Source: Dipteris shenzhenensis
Lineage: Eukaryota
DNA: 64,000 nt
Assembly: GCA_047967505.1 (NCBI GenBank)
Contig: CM106538.1
Direction: 5' to 3' (one strand)
Under the pieces are notes generated by a model. That model was not told the origin of the DNA. It did no database searches and saw only the letters and a list, made by a program, of their open reading frames with translations. Below are positions 48,499 to 60,412 of the stretch, one piece after another (position 1 is the first letter of the stretch; each line of letters begins with the position of its first letter). The translations under genes were made by a program, and so were the position numbers.

Positions 48499-51400
48499 CT
48501 ATCATTTATGTCACCGCCTATGTTAGTTGTACTCGTGGTGTAGTTAGACTACCACGTATGTTTTTGGTTTGGGTTCACATATGAACCACGTATTCTAGGG
48601 TTTGACATATAGGGTATTTCCCTCTTCTATTGTATTGTTGTTGTGTGCAAAAAGTGAAGAAAGGCTTCACCCTCCAACCTTGTGTCCTCTCTCTTTTGTG
48701 TGTTGTGAAGAAAGCTGAACTTGAGTCTCCTATCTCTCTCCCTCATTCTTTACAATGCCGGGAATAGCCAAGAGGCTTTACAAGGCTAAAATGATGTGCA
48801 CGATGCCGTGAGATAGCCGAATAGGCTTTACAATGGTGGCATGTGTGTGTGAAATCAAATGCTATCTACCCATTGAAACAATCTGCAATGCCTCTGAACT
48901 CTAAAGTCTGCTTACTGAACTAATGAACATAAGGTATCAGGTAATGTAATGATGTGAAACCATATGTGAGCATATGGACTGACTCCGAGTGGATACTAGT
49001 CGAGAATTTCAGGCATGGCTTAGATTGGCAACTTGGGGAAATTCAAAGCGTCCCCTGTATGGCAATCTAGTCTACTCTGATCTAGATCTAAACCAACCAT
49101 CAATCGATGAAAGAACAGCAAATAATTCCTTTTCTTTTGTTCTTTTTAAGTGCTGGGTCAGATGCATCAATGTAGAGGCAAATGTGCATGAAGGAAGTGG
49201 TTTTGTTGGTGAGGCCCAAATGTGAGTGTAACTTGTGCCGAAATGTGCGCATGATGTGAGAGCACGTAGGGCACAAAAAAATGAGCGACTTTCCTTTTTG
49301 GAGCGCCCTCAAATTCTTCTTGGATCAAGAGATATGACTTGATCTAGGTGGAGGGGCAAAAGGATTGCAAATGGTGCTCAATGATGATGTGTCACTGTGA
49401 GTCACATGCAGTGATGATGTGGCACTGTGCCTAGCAAGAGGTGTGCCAGTGAAGCCTGTGCTAAGGTGGCAGAAGTGGTCACATGAAGTGACCATGAAGC
49501 ACTATGTGTGCTTGCAGAGGTTAGTGCTGATTAGACAGTTGAGGTGGCATAGATGATAATGTCAACAGATGATGTAGCAATGCTGACGTGGTTGTGATGA
49601 CATGTCTTGATGATGTGGCAAAATGACGTGGCCTACTTACATGGCACTGATGACATGGTAGCTGAGCTGGTAGGGGTGACGTGGTTGCCATCGTGGTAGA
49701 TGATGTGGCACTTGGAGATAAGGTTGCCATGTGGCACACCGGAGACCTAGCCTACATGTTATCTTATCCTACCATGTGTCACTTTTTGAGAAGCCAAAAT
49801 CTTGTGAAGATTTTGATAGAATCTAAGAAGATTTTGATGGAATCTAAGAAGATTCTGTTTGCCTACGAATTTTCGTCGATCACTATGGGGAGCGCTGCCT
49901 GTAGCTCATGTTAGAGATGGCATCGTTGAGGATGCTATTTGCAAGGAGCCCGTTGCAAGGAGCCCGTTGAAGGCATGTCGAGAGACCATTTTGGAGTGGA
50001 GGCTTTTTTTTGTTGTTGGGGCACGGTGATAACAATGGAGTTGGATTGCTATGTTGCATGCTCGTTGGCTGTAGAGCCATTGAAGAATCGCCTTCTAGAG
50101 CTAGCTGTGTCTGTTTTGCCTGGAGTCTCAGTGGCGTAGGTCGACACAGTGGGTCGAGGCACTGTGCCATTCTTCGTTGTTGCTCAGGAGTCCGTGGCTT
50201 GATAGAAGCGCTTGTTGGAGAGGTCTATAGAGGTAGGCTTATTTTGGAGCGCATGCGTCTATGGAGCCTTAGAGCTCCTTAGACATTCATTGACGAGCTG
50301 GAGTAGTCGGATTTGCTAGAGGGTCGTGAGCTACACAAGAATACTCCAGTGCCTAGAGATGGTTGTTGATCATTGCGAGAGCCCTAAGAGTTGCGCTTGG
50401 TTCCTTGGCCTTTCCACAGATACATCGATGGATTTGAATCCTCTATGCCTGATTTTGCATCTTCAGTGTTGTTGCTATCGATGGGTAGTCGTGAGGCTGG
50501 AGATGCTTGCTCATTGGCGCTATTGTTTAGGAGGTCGTGGTCGCCCCATCTAAAGGCCTAGAGATTGTTGATATTGTTGGAGAGGAAGCTTTGTAGAGGC
50601 GGGAGAGCTTTATCATTAGCTGAATCTTCCTTGTTGTAGCTCGAGGAGTTGGTGACGATCTATTGTAGATGGTCGGTTGGTTGCCTGTATGGCTTGTAAG
50701 AGTCAGTGAAGAGCAGAGCCGTGTAGCTTGAGTAGCTAGGCACCTATCTTGTTGCAGGTGCTTGCAGCATGGAGTTGGAGCTCGCCTTAGGAGCTTTTTG
50801 ATAGGGACGGTTCTCGAAGGAGCTTAGTTGGAGAGGCTTAGCTTTGGAATCAACCTTTCTTTCTCTTTCTCACAGATCTCTCAAAACCTCTCTCTCAAAG
50901 ACTAAGATCTAGATCTCTCTCTCTCTCATAAACAAGAAATACTCTCTTTCTCAAGAAATGAAATCTCTCAAGAACTCAAAGAAAGAATAATGGATGGAAA
51001 TTTCCTCTCAATGGACAGAAATTTCTCTATCACTCAATGGAAGTGAAAGAAGAAGAAGTTCTCTCAACAGAAGAGAACACTCGATCTCTCAATCTCTCAA
51101 TCACACTCTCACTCTCTCAAGGATCGCAGTGCCTCAGTGGAAGGCAAGGGGCCTCTGATACCATGACAAAATATGACGAGGGGAGAGGAGAAGAGTGGAG
51201 ATGAGAAGAGAGGGCATAGCTAGAGAGCACACCACAAATGACTAACTGTACACTAGATTTAGTTGAAAAAATAGAATATATACAAACCCTTTTAGGGTTA
51301 GGTTTAGGGGATCTAACCCTTTTCTTTATAGCACTCTATCAGGTTAGTGCTATGCACATATGATCATGTGATGGTGCTATGCACACATGATCACATGATG

Positions 51401-52209
51401 TTGAGCGTGAACTCTCAACAAAGTAGGCCATTCTAAAAATTGGATGTGGAAGACCACAACGTATCCTCCTGCTCGACTAATATAGTGCACCGATGAGAGA
51501 TCTCAAATGCCTCCTGCATCAATTCAACAACCATTACATTAGCAAACCTAACAAAGCACATTACATTAAAAGACCATAAAATATAAATCAATACATAGGA
51601 TGCTTACCATCATGGCATTGTCTCCTTTAATGATGCAAGCAAGGCAAACAGGTATAAACTGTAAACTTTAGACATGAAAACTTTAGGCATGAAAACTTTA
51701 TACATATTACCTAAAAACTTTGGACACGAAACCACACAATAACCATCAAAATAAAATTTATCAATGCTTTTAATGTCCTCCAAGTCTTGAAGAAAACCTA
51801 TGTAAATTCCAAAATGCCCAACCTACAATTTATGGATAGCTTGTACTAGTCAAACACATTGTTTGATGTTGAATGAGGGATAAAATGGACATTTTCATGA
51901 TTTTTCTAGATTCTTGCCTGCTATTTCACCATTTCAAGTAAAGTTGAAGGAATATACATTTCATTTTCCATGACTAAAAGGCATTCCTACACAGAACTTA
52001 CAGACAGTCCATTGTCAGTTATATCAAAGATTCCACTACTTCCCACTCCTATGTTAAAATAGGATCTTGTAAAGAAGATAGGCAAGGAAGGTACATAGTC
52101 TAAGAAATACATCCTTCCTCTTGGGAAGCTTATGTGGACCCTTGGCAAAACGTTCCATGATTATCTAGTTAGTCAATCTGTAAGTTCAAGTCATCCAATG
52201 CATTTTTCA

Positions 52210-52470
52210 TGTTCTAAAACACACTAGAGCTTACAATATTGTCAACTTCTATCGCTTTCTTCTTGACCATGCCTCTAGAACACACTAGAGCTCACAATAT
52301 TGCCATCTTTGGCCACTTTGGTCACTTTGTTCTTGACCATGCCTCTACAACACACTAGATCTCACAATATTGCCAGCTTATGTCACTTTCTTCCTGACCA
52401 TGCCTCTAGAACACACTAGAACTCACAGCATTACCACCTTGTGTCACTGTGTTCTACACCATGCCTGTTG
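52210..52470. repeat. Tandem repeats, ~60-70 bp unit (accatgcctctagaacacactaga..tcacaatattg)
   Basis: Copies near 52210, 52267, 52337 and 52397. Confidence 0.85.
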
Positions 52471-53060
52471 GGAAAACAATAGCTATAGGAGAGGAAAGAG
52501 CAATGTATCCTATATGAGGAGGAAAAGAAAGAGGGAAAAACCTCCTGTAGGAGAGCAAAGAGTTGTTGTAGCAGAATCATAGTGAACTTGCCTATGAATG
52601 ATTCAACTAGTTCCCACTCCTCGAGGTCCGAAGGGAAAACATCTACCACCATGAATAAAAGCTCTTAGAAACCAAACACAAAATTTCCAAATGGACTCAT
52701 TACACTTATAGGTGAAAAAGGTACATAGATAGAAAAGCTCATAGTGTGATGGTATCCTAAATTGATTGAATGATGGAGGAAGCCGCATATCTTTTCCCAT
52801 GTAAACATGTTGCACTTTTGTGAGCCATCATTTCTTCCCAAACTTGAACTTCAAGATGCGCCCCTTCCACTCATGCAAGATGTTACCTCTCTTGCTCTTG
52901 GGAAGCTTATGTGGACCTTTGGCCGATCCTTTCATCACTATCCAATCATTTAAGCTATAGGTACGAGGGATCCACTCATCCAATGCATTTCTGGTGTTGT
53001 GGAAGACACAAGAGGTCATAGCATTGTGTGGTCTTATAGCCTTTCTCCTTACCATGCTTT

Positions 53061-56000
53061 TGTTGTGATATTGAGCTCCACTCGTGATATGCCAGGATGA
53101 CTGTTGTGCATTTATGTCACCGACTTGTTAGCTGCAGATGCGGTTGGTACACCACCCATGAATAATAGCTGGATGATAGCTATCCTTATGTACTCTAGTT
53201 CGTGGCTCAGTTAGTATGCCACCTTAGTTAGCTGAGTTTGGTTTTAGACCCACATATAGGGTTCTTCTATTTCTTTGTACAAGAGTTCTTTTGGCTTTCA
53301 CAACTAAGAAGAGGAAAACTGTTTTCAGCCTCCACCTTTGTGTGTATTCCCCCATTGTGTATGTGAGAAAGCCGCAAGTGAGACTCCTTCCCCCTCTCCC
53401 ACTATCTTCACATGGTATTAGAGCATGTTTTGTGGTAAGGAGCTCAAGAAAGCAAACCAAGTTCATGGTGTCCTAGTAAGAGGACCAGTGTTGCTTTCCT
53501 TTTTCAAGTTTGGGAGCAAATCTCTGCAGGTAGCACAGCCGGAAGTGCAAGAGTGCACTGCCTCAGGTTGAGATGCCCTTCGTGGTGTGGTGAGAGGGAA
53601 ATATATGCTGCGGGCGAAGGAGAGGCCCTTGGTGACTTTATTTTTTTGATTCGAGACCATTTCAGGGCCCGTTTTGGAGGCGGAATTTCTCCGAAGCACT
53701 GAGAAAAAGGCCCTGTTTTTGCTGTGCGACCACTGCTCTGTAGATCGGTGAAAAGTTGCCACAAAAATTGCATTGTATGCCTGTGTGTAGAGATATTGGG
53801 AGTTATAAAATCATCCTTACTGCCTGTTCATGCAAAATCGTCATTAGGAAGTCCTTGTGTGGTCAAATACCACTTTCGTCAGTTTTGCAGATTTGCATGT
53901 GTGAGGCAGAAGCTGTGTTTTTTGCAGTGACAGAATTTTTTGCAGTGTTCTATAATGGCATCATATTCTCTTTCATAGATTGTCATTGAAAAGTTTGACA
54001 AGAACAACTTCCAAGCATGGAAGTTTAGAATGACGAATTTCCTTATGGGAAAAGGCTATTGGGAGTTCATTACAGGAAATTAAGAAGAACCAGTTCTTCC
54101 TAATGTTCCCAATCAACAGGAAATGCAGGCATTTAAAGGATGGCATGAGAGAGCCAGAAAAGTTATGTATTGGCTGTCTATCAGTATTTCAGATTCTATG
54201 ATTGTGCATATTCAAGATGCAAGTACGCCAAAGGAGGCATGGGATACTTTGGCAAAAATGTACAACACAAATATGCAAGCCAGGAAAATGCAGCTCAAGC
54301 GGAAGTTGCACAATGTGTAGAGAGAAAATATGAGCATCAATGACTACCACATGAAGGTGAAGAAAATTGCAGGTGCACTTGCTTCCATTGGGTTGCCAGT
54401 GGAAGATGATGATTTGGTTTCTATGACCGTGAATGGTCTAGGAAAGGATTTTGCATAGTTCCGGACATCCAGTGTCGTCCGTGAAAAATTTCCCGATTTT
54501 GAGGAGTTGTTTGCTCTTCTAATTTCTGAAGAGCAGAGAAATGGTGGTGCATCTTCTTCAGAAGGAACTTTAAAAGAAACTGTCTTCTACTCAAATGCTA
54601 GAAGAGGTAGAGGCAAAGGTAGAGAAGGCCGATTTGGAGGTGGAGAAATCAGAATATGTAGCAAACTCAAGAAAACCAGTCCTATGGAGGAGGACATGTT
54701 AACTCTAGAGGCAGGGGAGCCAAAGAAGCCGTGGTGGATGGGAGAGAGGTCAAAATGCAAACAGCAATGTTGAATGCTACTATTGTGGTAAAATGGGTCA
54801 TATGGCTAAAGACTACTACAAAAAGCAAAATGACATCATGAATGGAAAATTGCAGTAAGGGAATTATGCATCTTCTAGTAGATAGGGTGATGACAGAAAT
54901 GAGCATCTGTTTATGGTGCAGCACATGACCAATTCTGTGACAAGTGTAAAAGAAAGCAATGATGTGTGGTATGTTGACTCAGGTGTTGTCATGCAGAATG
55001 GATGCAGGATGCAAGGAAAATGAAAAGACCAAGATTTGTGGAGACTGGTGATGATACTACTCATCCTATTGTGCAGATTGGTAAAATTCCTTTGTCTATG
55101 CGGGATGGGAAAAAGAAATACCTGTCTAATGTATTTCATGTCTCGAACATCACCAAGAACCTGGTTTCTGTTGGTCAAATGGTTGAGCAGGGCTTGCAGG
55201 TCAAACTTAATCCTCATGGATGCTTTGTTGAGGATATGAAAAATAACGGTCGCTTGATAGCAAAAGGAAAGAAGAAGGGCAGGATGTTTAGGTTGGATGC
55301 AGACATGCCTGAATTGAGTGTAGCAATGTTTGCACATGGGACCGGTGTAGTTGTAGATATTGATATCTGGCATAAACGCATTGGTCATGTTAATGTACAG
55401 TGACTTAAATCAATTCAGGCCCAGAATATTGTTGCAGGATTGCCTAAATTCAAGGTTGCAGAAATGCATAAGGTATGTGAAGCCTATCAATTGGGAAAGC
55501 AGGCAAGGAAACCATTTCCTAGGCATGTTCAAGAGAGTAAGAAGCCATTGGAATTAATCCACTTTGATGTGTGGACTAATAAAGCTGCATCTATTGGAGG
55601 CTGTCATTATTTTGTCACTTTTATTGATGACTACAACATAAAAATTTGGGTGTATTTTATGAAAAAGAAAAGTGAAGTGTTTAAGCACTTCAAAGCTTTT
55701 AAAGGTATGGTTGAAAAAGAAAGAGGCCTGCAAATAAAATGCCTAAGGTCAGATGGAGGGGGAGAGTACCTCTCAAATGAGTTTGCAAAGTTCCTGTAGG
55801 AGCATGGCATAAAGCAGCAATATTCATGCAGTCATACACCACAACAAAATGGACTTGCAGTGTATCTCGAGGCATGCTAAATGAAAAAGACCTACCAGAT
55901 TATTATTGGGCTGAAGTAGTTGCTACAGTAGTTTACATAATGAATAGGACTCCCACTACAGCAATACATGGCATGATGCCAGAGGAGACGTATATTGGTA

Positions 56001-57028
56001 GGAAACCAGATATTTCTCATTTGAAAATTTTTGGTTGCATTGCCTATGTTCATGTGCCAGATGAGTTGAGGTTCAGTCAGTTTATGCAGGCTCCAAGGAA
56101 ACCGCATGTGGATGTGGCTAGATGCATACTCAGGTATGTGAAGTCCACATTGTACTATGGACTATTTTATGAGGCTGGGGTTCAAATACAGTTGCATGGA
56201 TACATTGATGCTGATTGGGCTGGTAGTATTTCTGATAGACAATCTGCCAGTGGATATGTGTTCTCTTTTGGGAGTGCTGCAGTCACTTGGAGCAGCAAGA
56301 AACAGCCTACAGTTGCCTTGTCGAGCACAGAGGCTAAGTACAAGGGTGCAGCAATGGCTGCATGTGAGGTAGCTTGGTCGCATAAGCTACTTTATGATAT
56401 GCATCAGTCTACAGATGGGCCAGTTGTTATTTATTGTGACAACATGAGCAGTATACACGTGGCAAATAACCCAGTCTATCATGCTAGAACAAAGCACATT
56501 GAGGTGCATTATCACTATGTGCAAGAGAAGGTTTTACTAGGTCTTATTGATCTAGTTTATGTCAGCACAGAGGATCAGGTAGCTGACATATTCACGAAGG
56601 CATTGGGCATAGAGAAGATGCGTAGGTTCAGAGACCTGCTTGGTGTGCAGGATTTGGGATTGAGCTCGAGGGGGAGTGTTGAGATATTGAACTCCACTCG
56701 TGATATGCCAAGGTGACTATTGTGCATTTATGTCACCGACTTGTTAGCTGCAGAAACGGTTGGTACACTGCCCATGAATAATAGCTGGATGACAGCTATC
56801 CTTATGTACTCTAGTTTGTGGCTCACTTAGTATGCCACCTTAGTTAGTTGAGTTTGGTTTGAGACCCACATACAGGGTTCTTCTATTTCTTTGTACAAGA
56901 GTTCTTTTGGCTTTCACAACTAAGAAGAGGAAAACTATTTTCAGCCTCCACCTTTGTGTGTATTCCCCCATTGTGTATGTGAGAAAGCCGCAAGTGAGAC
57001 TCCTTCTCTCTCTCCCACTATCTTCATA
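53061..57028 (+). mobile_element. Internally deleted Ty1/copia element (E, family of D), TSD GCTTT; most of RT is missing
   Basis: 352-bp LTRs at 53061-53412 and 56677-57028; PBS tggtattagagc at 53413; GCTTT at 53056-53060 and 57029-57033; integrase VPDELR is joined directly to SQFMQAPRKPH at ~56070. Confidence 0.96.
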
Positions 57029-57127
57029 GCTTTTAGAGGTTGCAACAGCAAGAATGGGACTCCTACACAAGGCAATGCAGCTCCAACAGAGGCACAAAAG
57101 AGGGAGAAGGAGAGGGACAGAGTAGCA

Positions 57128-58097
57128 TGTAGACTACTGTAGCAACTGCTTCAGCCCAATAATAATTTGGTAGGTCTTTTTTGTTGAGCATGGCATGATC
57201 CAATATCCCTGTTTTTGGTTTCTACAAGTCCATTTTGCTGTGGGGTATGACTTCATGAATATTGCTGCTTTATGCCATGCTTCTGTAGGAAACTTGCAAA
57301 CTCATTTGAGAAGTACTCTCCCCCTCCATCTAACCTTAAGCATTTTATTTGCAGGCCTGTTTCTTTCTCAACCATAGCTTTAAAAGCTTTGAAATGCCCA
57401 AACACTTCACTTTTCTTTTTCATAAAGTACACCCAAACTTTCCTGCTATAGTCATCAATAAAAGTGACAAAATAATGATAGCCTCCAATAGATGCAACTT
57501 TAGTAGTCCAGACATGAGAGTGGATTGATTCCAATGGCCTCTTACTCTCTTGAACATGTCTAGGAAATGGTTTCCTTGCCTGTTTTCCAAATTGATAGGC
57601 TACACATACCTTATGCATTTCTGCAACCTTGAACTTAGGCAATCCTGCAACAGTATTTTGGGCCTGCATTTATTTAAGTCTCTGTACATTAACATGACCA
57701 ATGCGTTTATGCTAGATATCAATATCTGCAACTATACCGGTCCTATGTGCAAACATTGGTGCACTCAATTTAGGCATGTCTACATCCAACGTAAACATCC
57801 TGCCTTTTTTCTTTCCTTTTGCTATCAAGCGACCATTATTTTTCATATCCTCAACAAAGCATCCATGAGGATTAAATTTGACCTGCAAGCCTTGCTCAAC
57901 CATTTGACCAACAGAAACCAGTTCTTGGTGATATTCGGGACATGAAATACATCAGACAGGTATTTCTTTTTCCCATCCTGTAGAGACAAAGGAAGTTTAC
58001 CAATCTGCACAATAGGATGTGCACTATCATCACCAGTCTCCACAAATCCTGGTGTTTCCATTTTCCTTGCATCCTGCATCCATTTTGCATGACCTGT
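57128..58097 (-). mobile_element. LTR-less copia PR-INT fragment (family of D)
   Basis: MQDARKMETPGFVETGDD, FVTFIDDYSRKVW and DGGGEY. Confidence 0.93.
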
Positions 58098-58139
58098 AAC
58101 AACAGAGGCACAAAAGAGGGAGAAGGAGAGGGACAGAGA

Positions 58140-59682
58140 TTATGCAATTGGGAGTGTGCTTTGTTAACCTGGTGAACATAAGAAAGACTACCCCTTCTAC
58201 TTCGCTAGTCGACAACTCAATGATGCAGAGATCAACTATACAACCACAGAAAGAGAAGCCCTAGAAATGGTGTATAGTGTAAAGAAATTTCAGCACTATC
58301 TACTGGCAAATGATTTTGTCTTCTACACTGACCATCAAGCATTGCTTTATCTTGTGAACCATCTATGTACCACAGGAAGAATAACCAGATGGCTCCTCTT
58401 GCTTCAAGAATTCAACTTCAAAATAGTGGTCCGCAAAGATGCTCCGCAAAGGTGCCCAACACTACATTGCCAATCACATGTCTCAAGTCAAGTCGGGAGA
58501 AGAAGCCACTGGAGTAGAAGACAACTTACCAGATGCCACACTATTTCAAATCAAATCGATGCTGTTCTAGAATGGTGTGGAGATATCATTGGCTACTTGA
58601 TGGTAGGAAGACGACCCCCTAAAATGAAAGAAGTAGATGCCAGAAAATTGATTCTAAAGGCTGCACCCTATCAACTCATTGCAGGACAACTGTATAAGAT
58701 GGAAAAGGATCAAATATTAAGATGATGTGTAATGCCTCATGAGATCATGCCAATCCTGAGTGAAGTCCATGAAGGCATTGTAGGAGGACACTTCCAAGGT
58801 GAAGCCGCAGTAAGAAAAGTTCTCCTCATAGGCTACTGGTGGCCAACACTATGGGCAGATGCCTATGAATATGTAAAAGGCTGTGATGTATGCCAATGGA
58901 CTACTAAACCAGAACACAAAGACTTCAATCCCCTAACAATAGTTGTTGCACAAAAACCATTTGAAAAATGGGGGATTGACTATGTGGGTCCCATACATCT
59001 AGCAGCAAAAGGAACAGAGGCATGTACATCACTGTGGCCATTGATTACTTTACAAAATGGGCTGAAGCTAAAGGAGTCAGAAAGGCAAATGCCAGAAGCA
59101 TAGCAAGATTCTTATACGAAAATATGATCGCCTGATTTGGATGCCCCATTGAAATTGTGTCAGATAGAGGCACACATTTTTGTCAATGAGGTAATCCAAG
59201 AACTCTTGTCTGGCTTCATGGTAATCCATAGAAAAAGCACACACTACTACCCCCAAGGGAATGGGTAGGCCAAATCCACCAACAAAATAATATGCATTAT
59301 CCTCACCAAGGTAGTAGAACCACAACATTTTGATTGGGCAGAGAAAGTGAATGTAGCTTTATGGGCATACAGAACCACATTCAAGGTTAGTACAAGGAAC
59401 ACACATTTTCAATTGTTGTATGGCCTTGAAGCTATGGTCCCACTCGAATTTGTAATACCAAGTCTATGCATAGTAGTACAGGAATGCATGGGAGACCATG
59501 AATCCTTGAAAGAAAGGCTCTATCAGTTGGAGAAGCATACAGAGACAAGACTAGTCACCTACCATGCCATGACAACAGAAAAACATAGAAGAAAGGCATG
59601 GTTTGATAGAAATTTGAGAGCTAAAGACATCAAGGAAGGCAACTTAGTCTTGTTATACAATGCCAAAGTACATCGTCTTTAG
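58140..59682 (+). mobile_element. Degenerate Ty3/gypsy RNaseH-integrase fragment
   Basis: FYTDHQAL, RWLLLLQEF, HEGIVGGHF, YWWPTL, CDVCQ, PFEKWGIDYVGP and ALWAYRT. Confidence 0.93.
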
Positions 59683-59684
59683 GA

Positions 59685-60190
59685 GGAACTTCAAAAGAAA
59701 CTATCTTCTACTCAAATGCTAGAAGAGGTAGAGGTAGAGGTAGAGGAGGCTGATCCAAAGGCCATGGTAGAAATTATAATATGCAGCAAACTCAAGAAAA
59801 TCAGTACTTTGGAGGAGGACGTGGTAACTCTAGAGGCAGGGGGAGCTAAAGAGGCCATGGTGGATGGCAGAGGCCAAAATGCAAACAGCAATGTTGAATG
59901 CTACTACTGTGGTAAAATGGGTCATATGGCTAAAGACTACTACAAAAAGCAGAATGCCATTATGAATGGAAAATTGCAGCAAGGCAATTATGCATCTTCT
60001 AGTAGACAGGGTGATGACAGAAATGAGCATCTATTTATGGTGCAGCACATGACCAATTCTGTGACAAGTGCAGAAGAAAGAAATGATGTGTGGTATCTTG
60101 ACTCAGGTGCATCAAACCACATGACAGGTCATGCAGAATGGATGCAGGATGCAAGGAAAATGGAAAGACCAGGATTTGTGGAGACTGGTG
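59685..60190 (+). mobile_element. Copia gag-zinc knuckle-protease fragment (family of D)
   Basis: ECYYCGKMGHMAKD and WYLDSGASNHMTGH; homology ends at gagactggtg (~60190). Confidence 0.92.
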
Positions 60191-60412
60191 CTGAAGTATC
60201 TAGGTCAAGGACCCTACCAAGTACAAAAGATGAATCCCATCGGAGCTGTGCTGCTAGAAACATTGGATGGAGTCCAATTCAACACAACAATAAATGGGAG
60301 CTGATTGAAGTGCTACTACATCAACACGCAAGCCATCCCCCAAAAAACAAAGATTTGGGAAACTAAGTCTTCCTTAGCTAGGATTAGATTGTATCACGAG
60401 CACTCACTTGCA

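Larger units (their letters stand above)
43247..48754 (+). mobile_element. Full-length, young Ty1/copia element (B), TSD ATGCC, nested in the C1 sister
   Basis: 299-bp LTRs at 43247-43545 and 48456-48754 (2 differences by eye); PBS 43546-43557; PPT GAGGGGGAG 48447-48455; ATGCC at 43242-43246 and 48755-48759. Confidence 0.98.
42342..51420 (-). mobile_element. 3'-truncated sister copy of C1 (5' LTR, PBS, leader, part of gag), interrupted by element B
   Basis: LTR 51164-51420 is the reverse complement of the C1 LTR with several changes; PBS antisense ctctgatacca at 51153-51163; gag METILVLQDKWEYVDG at 42649-43014; homology stops at ~42342. Confidence 0.95.

Noticed and set aside
59716-60366. 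216-aa ORF as a real gene
   Set aside because: It is a chimera of out-of-frame gag, in-frame gag-PR and unrelated downstream sequence.
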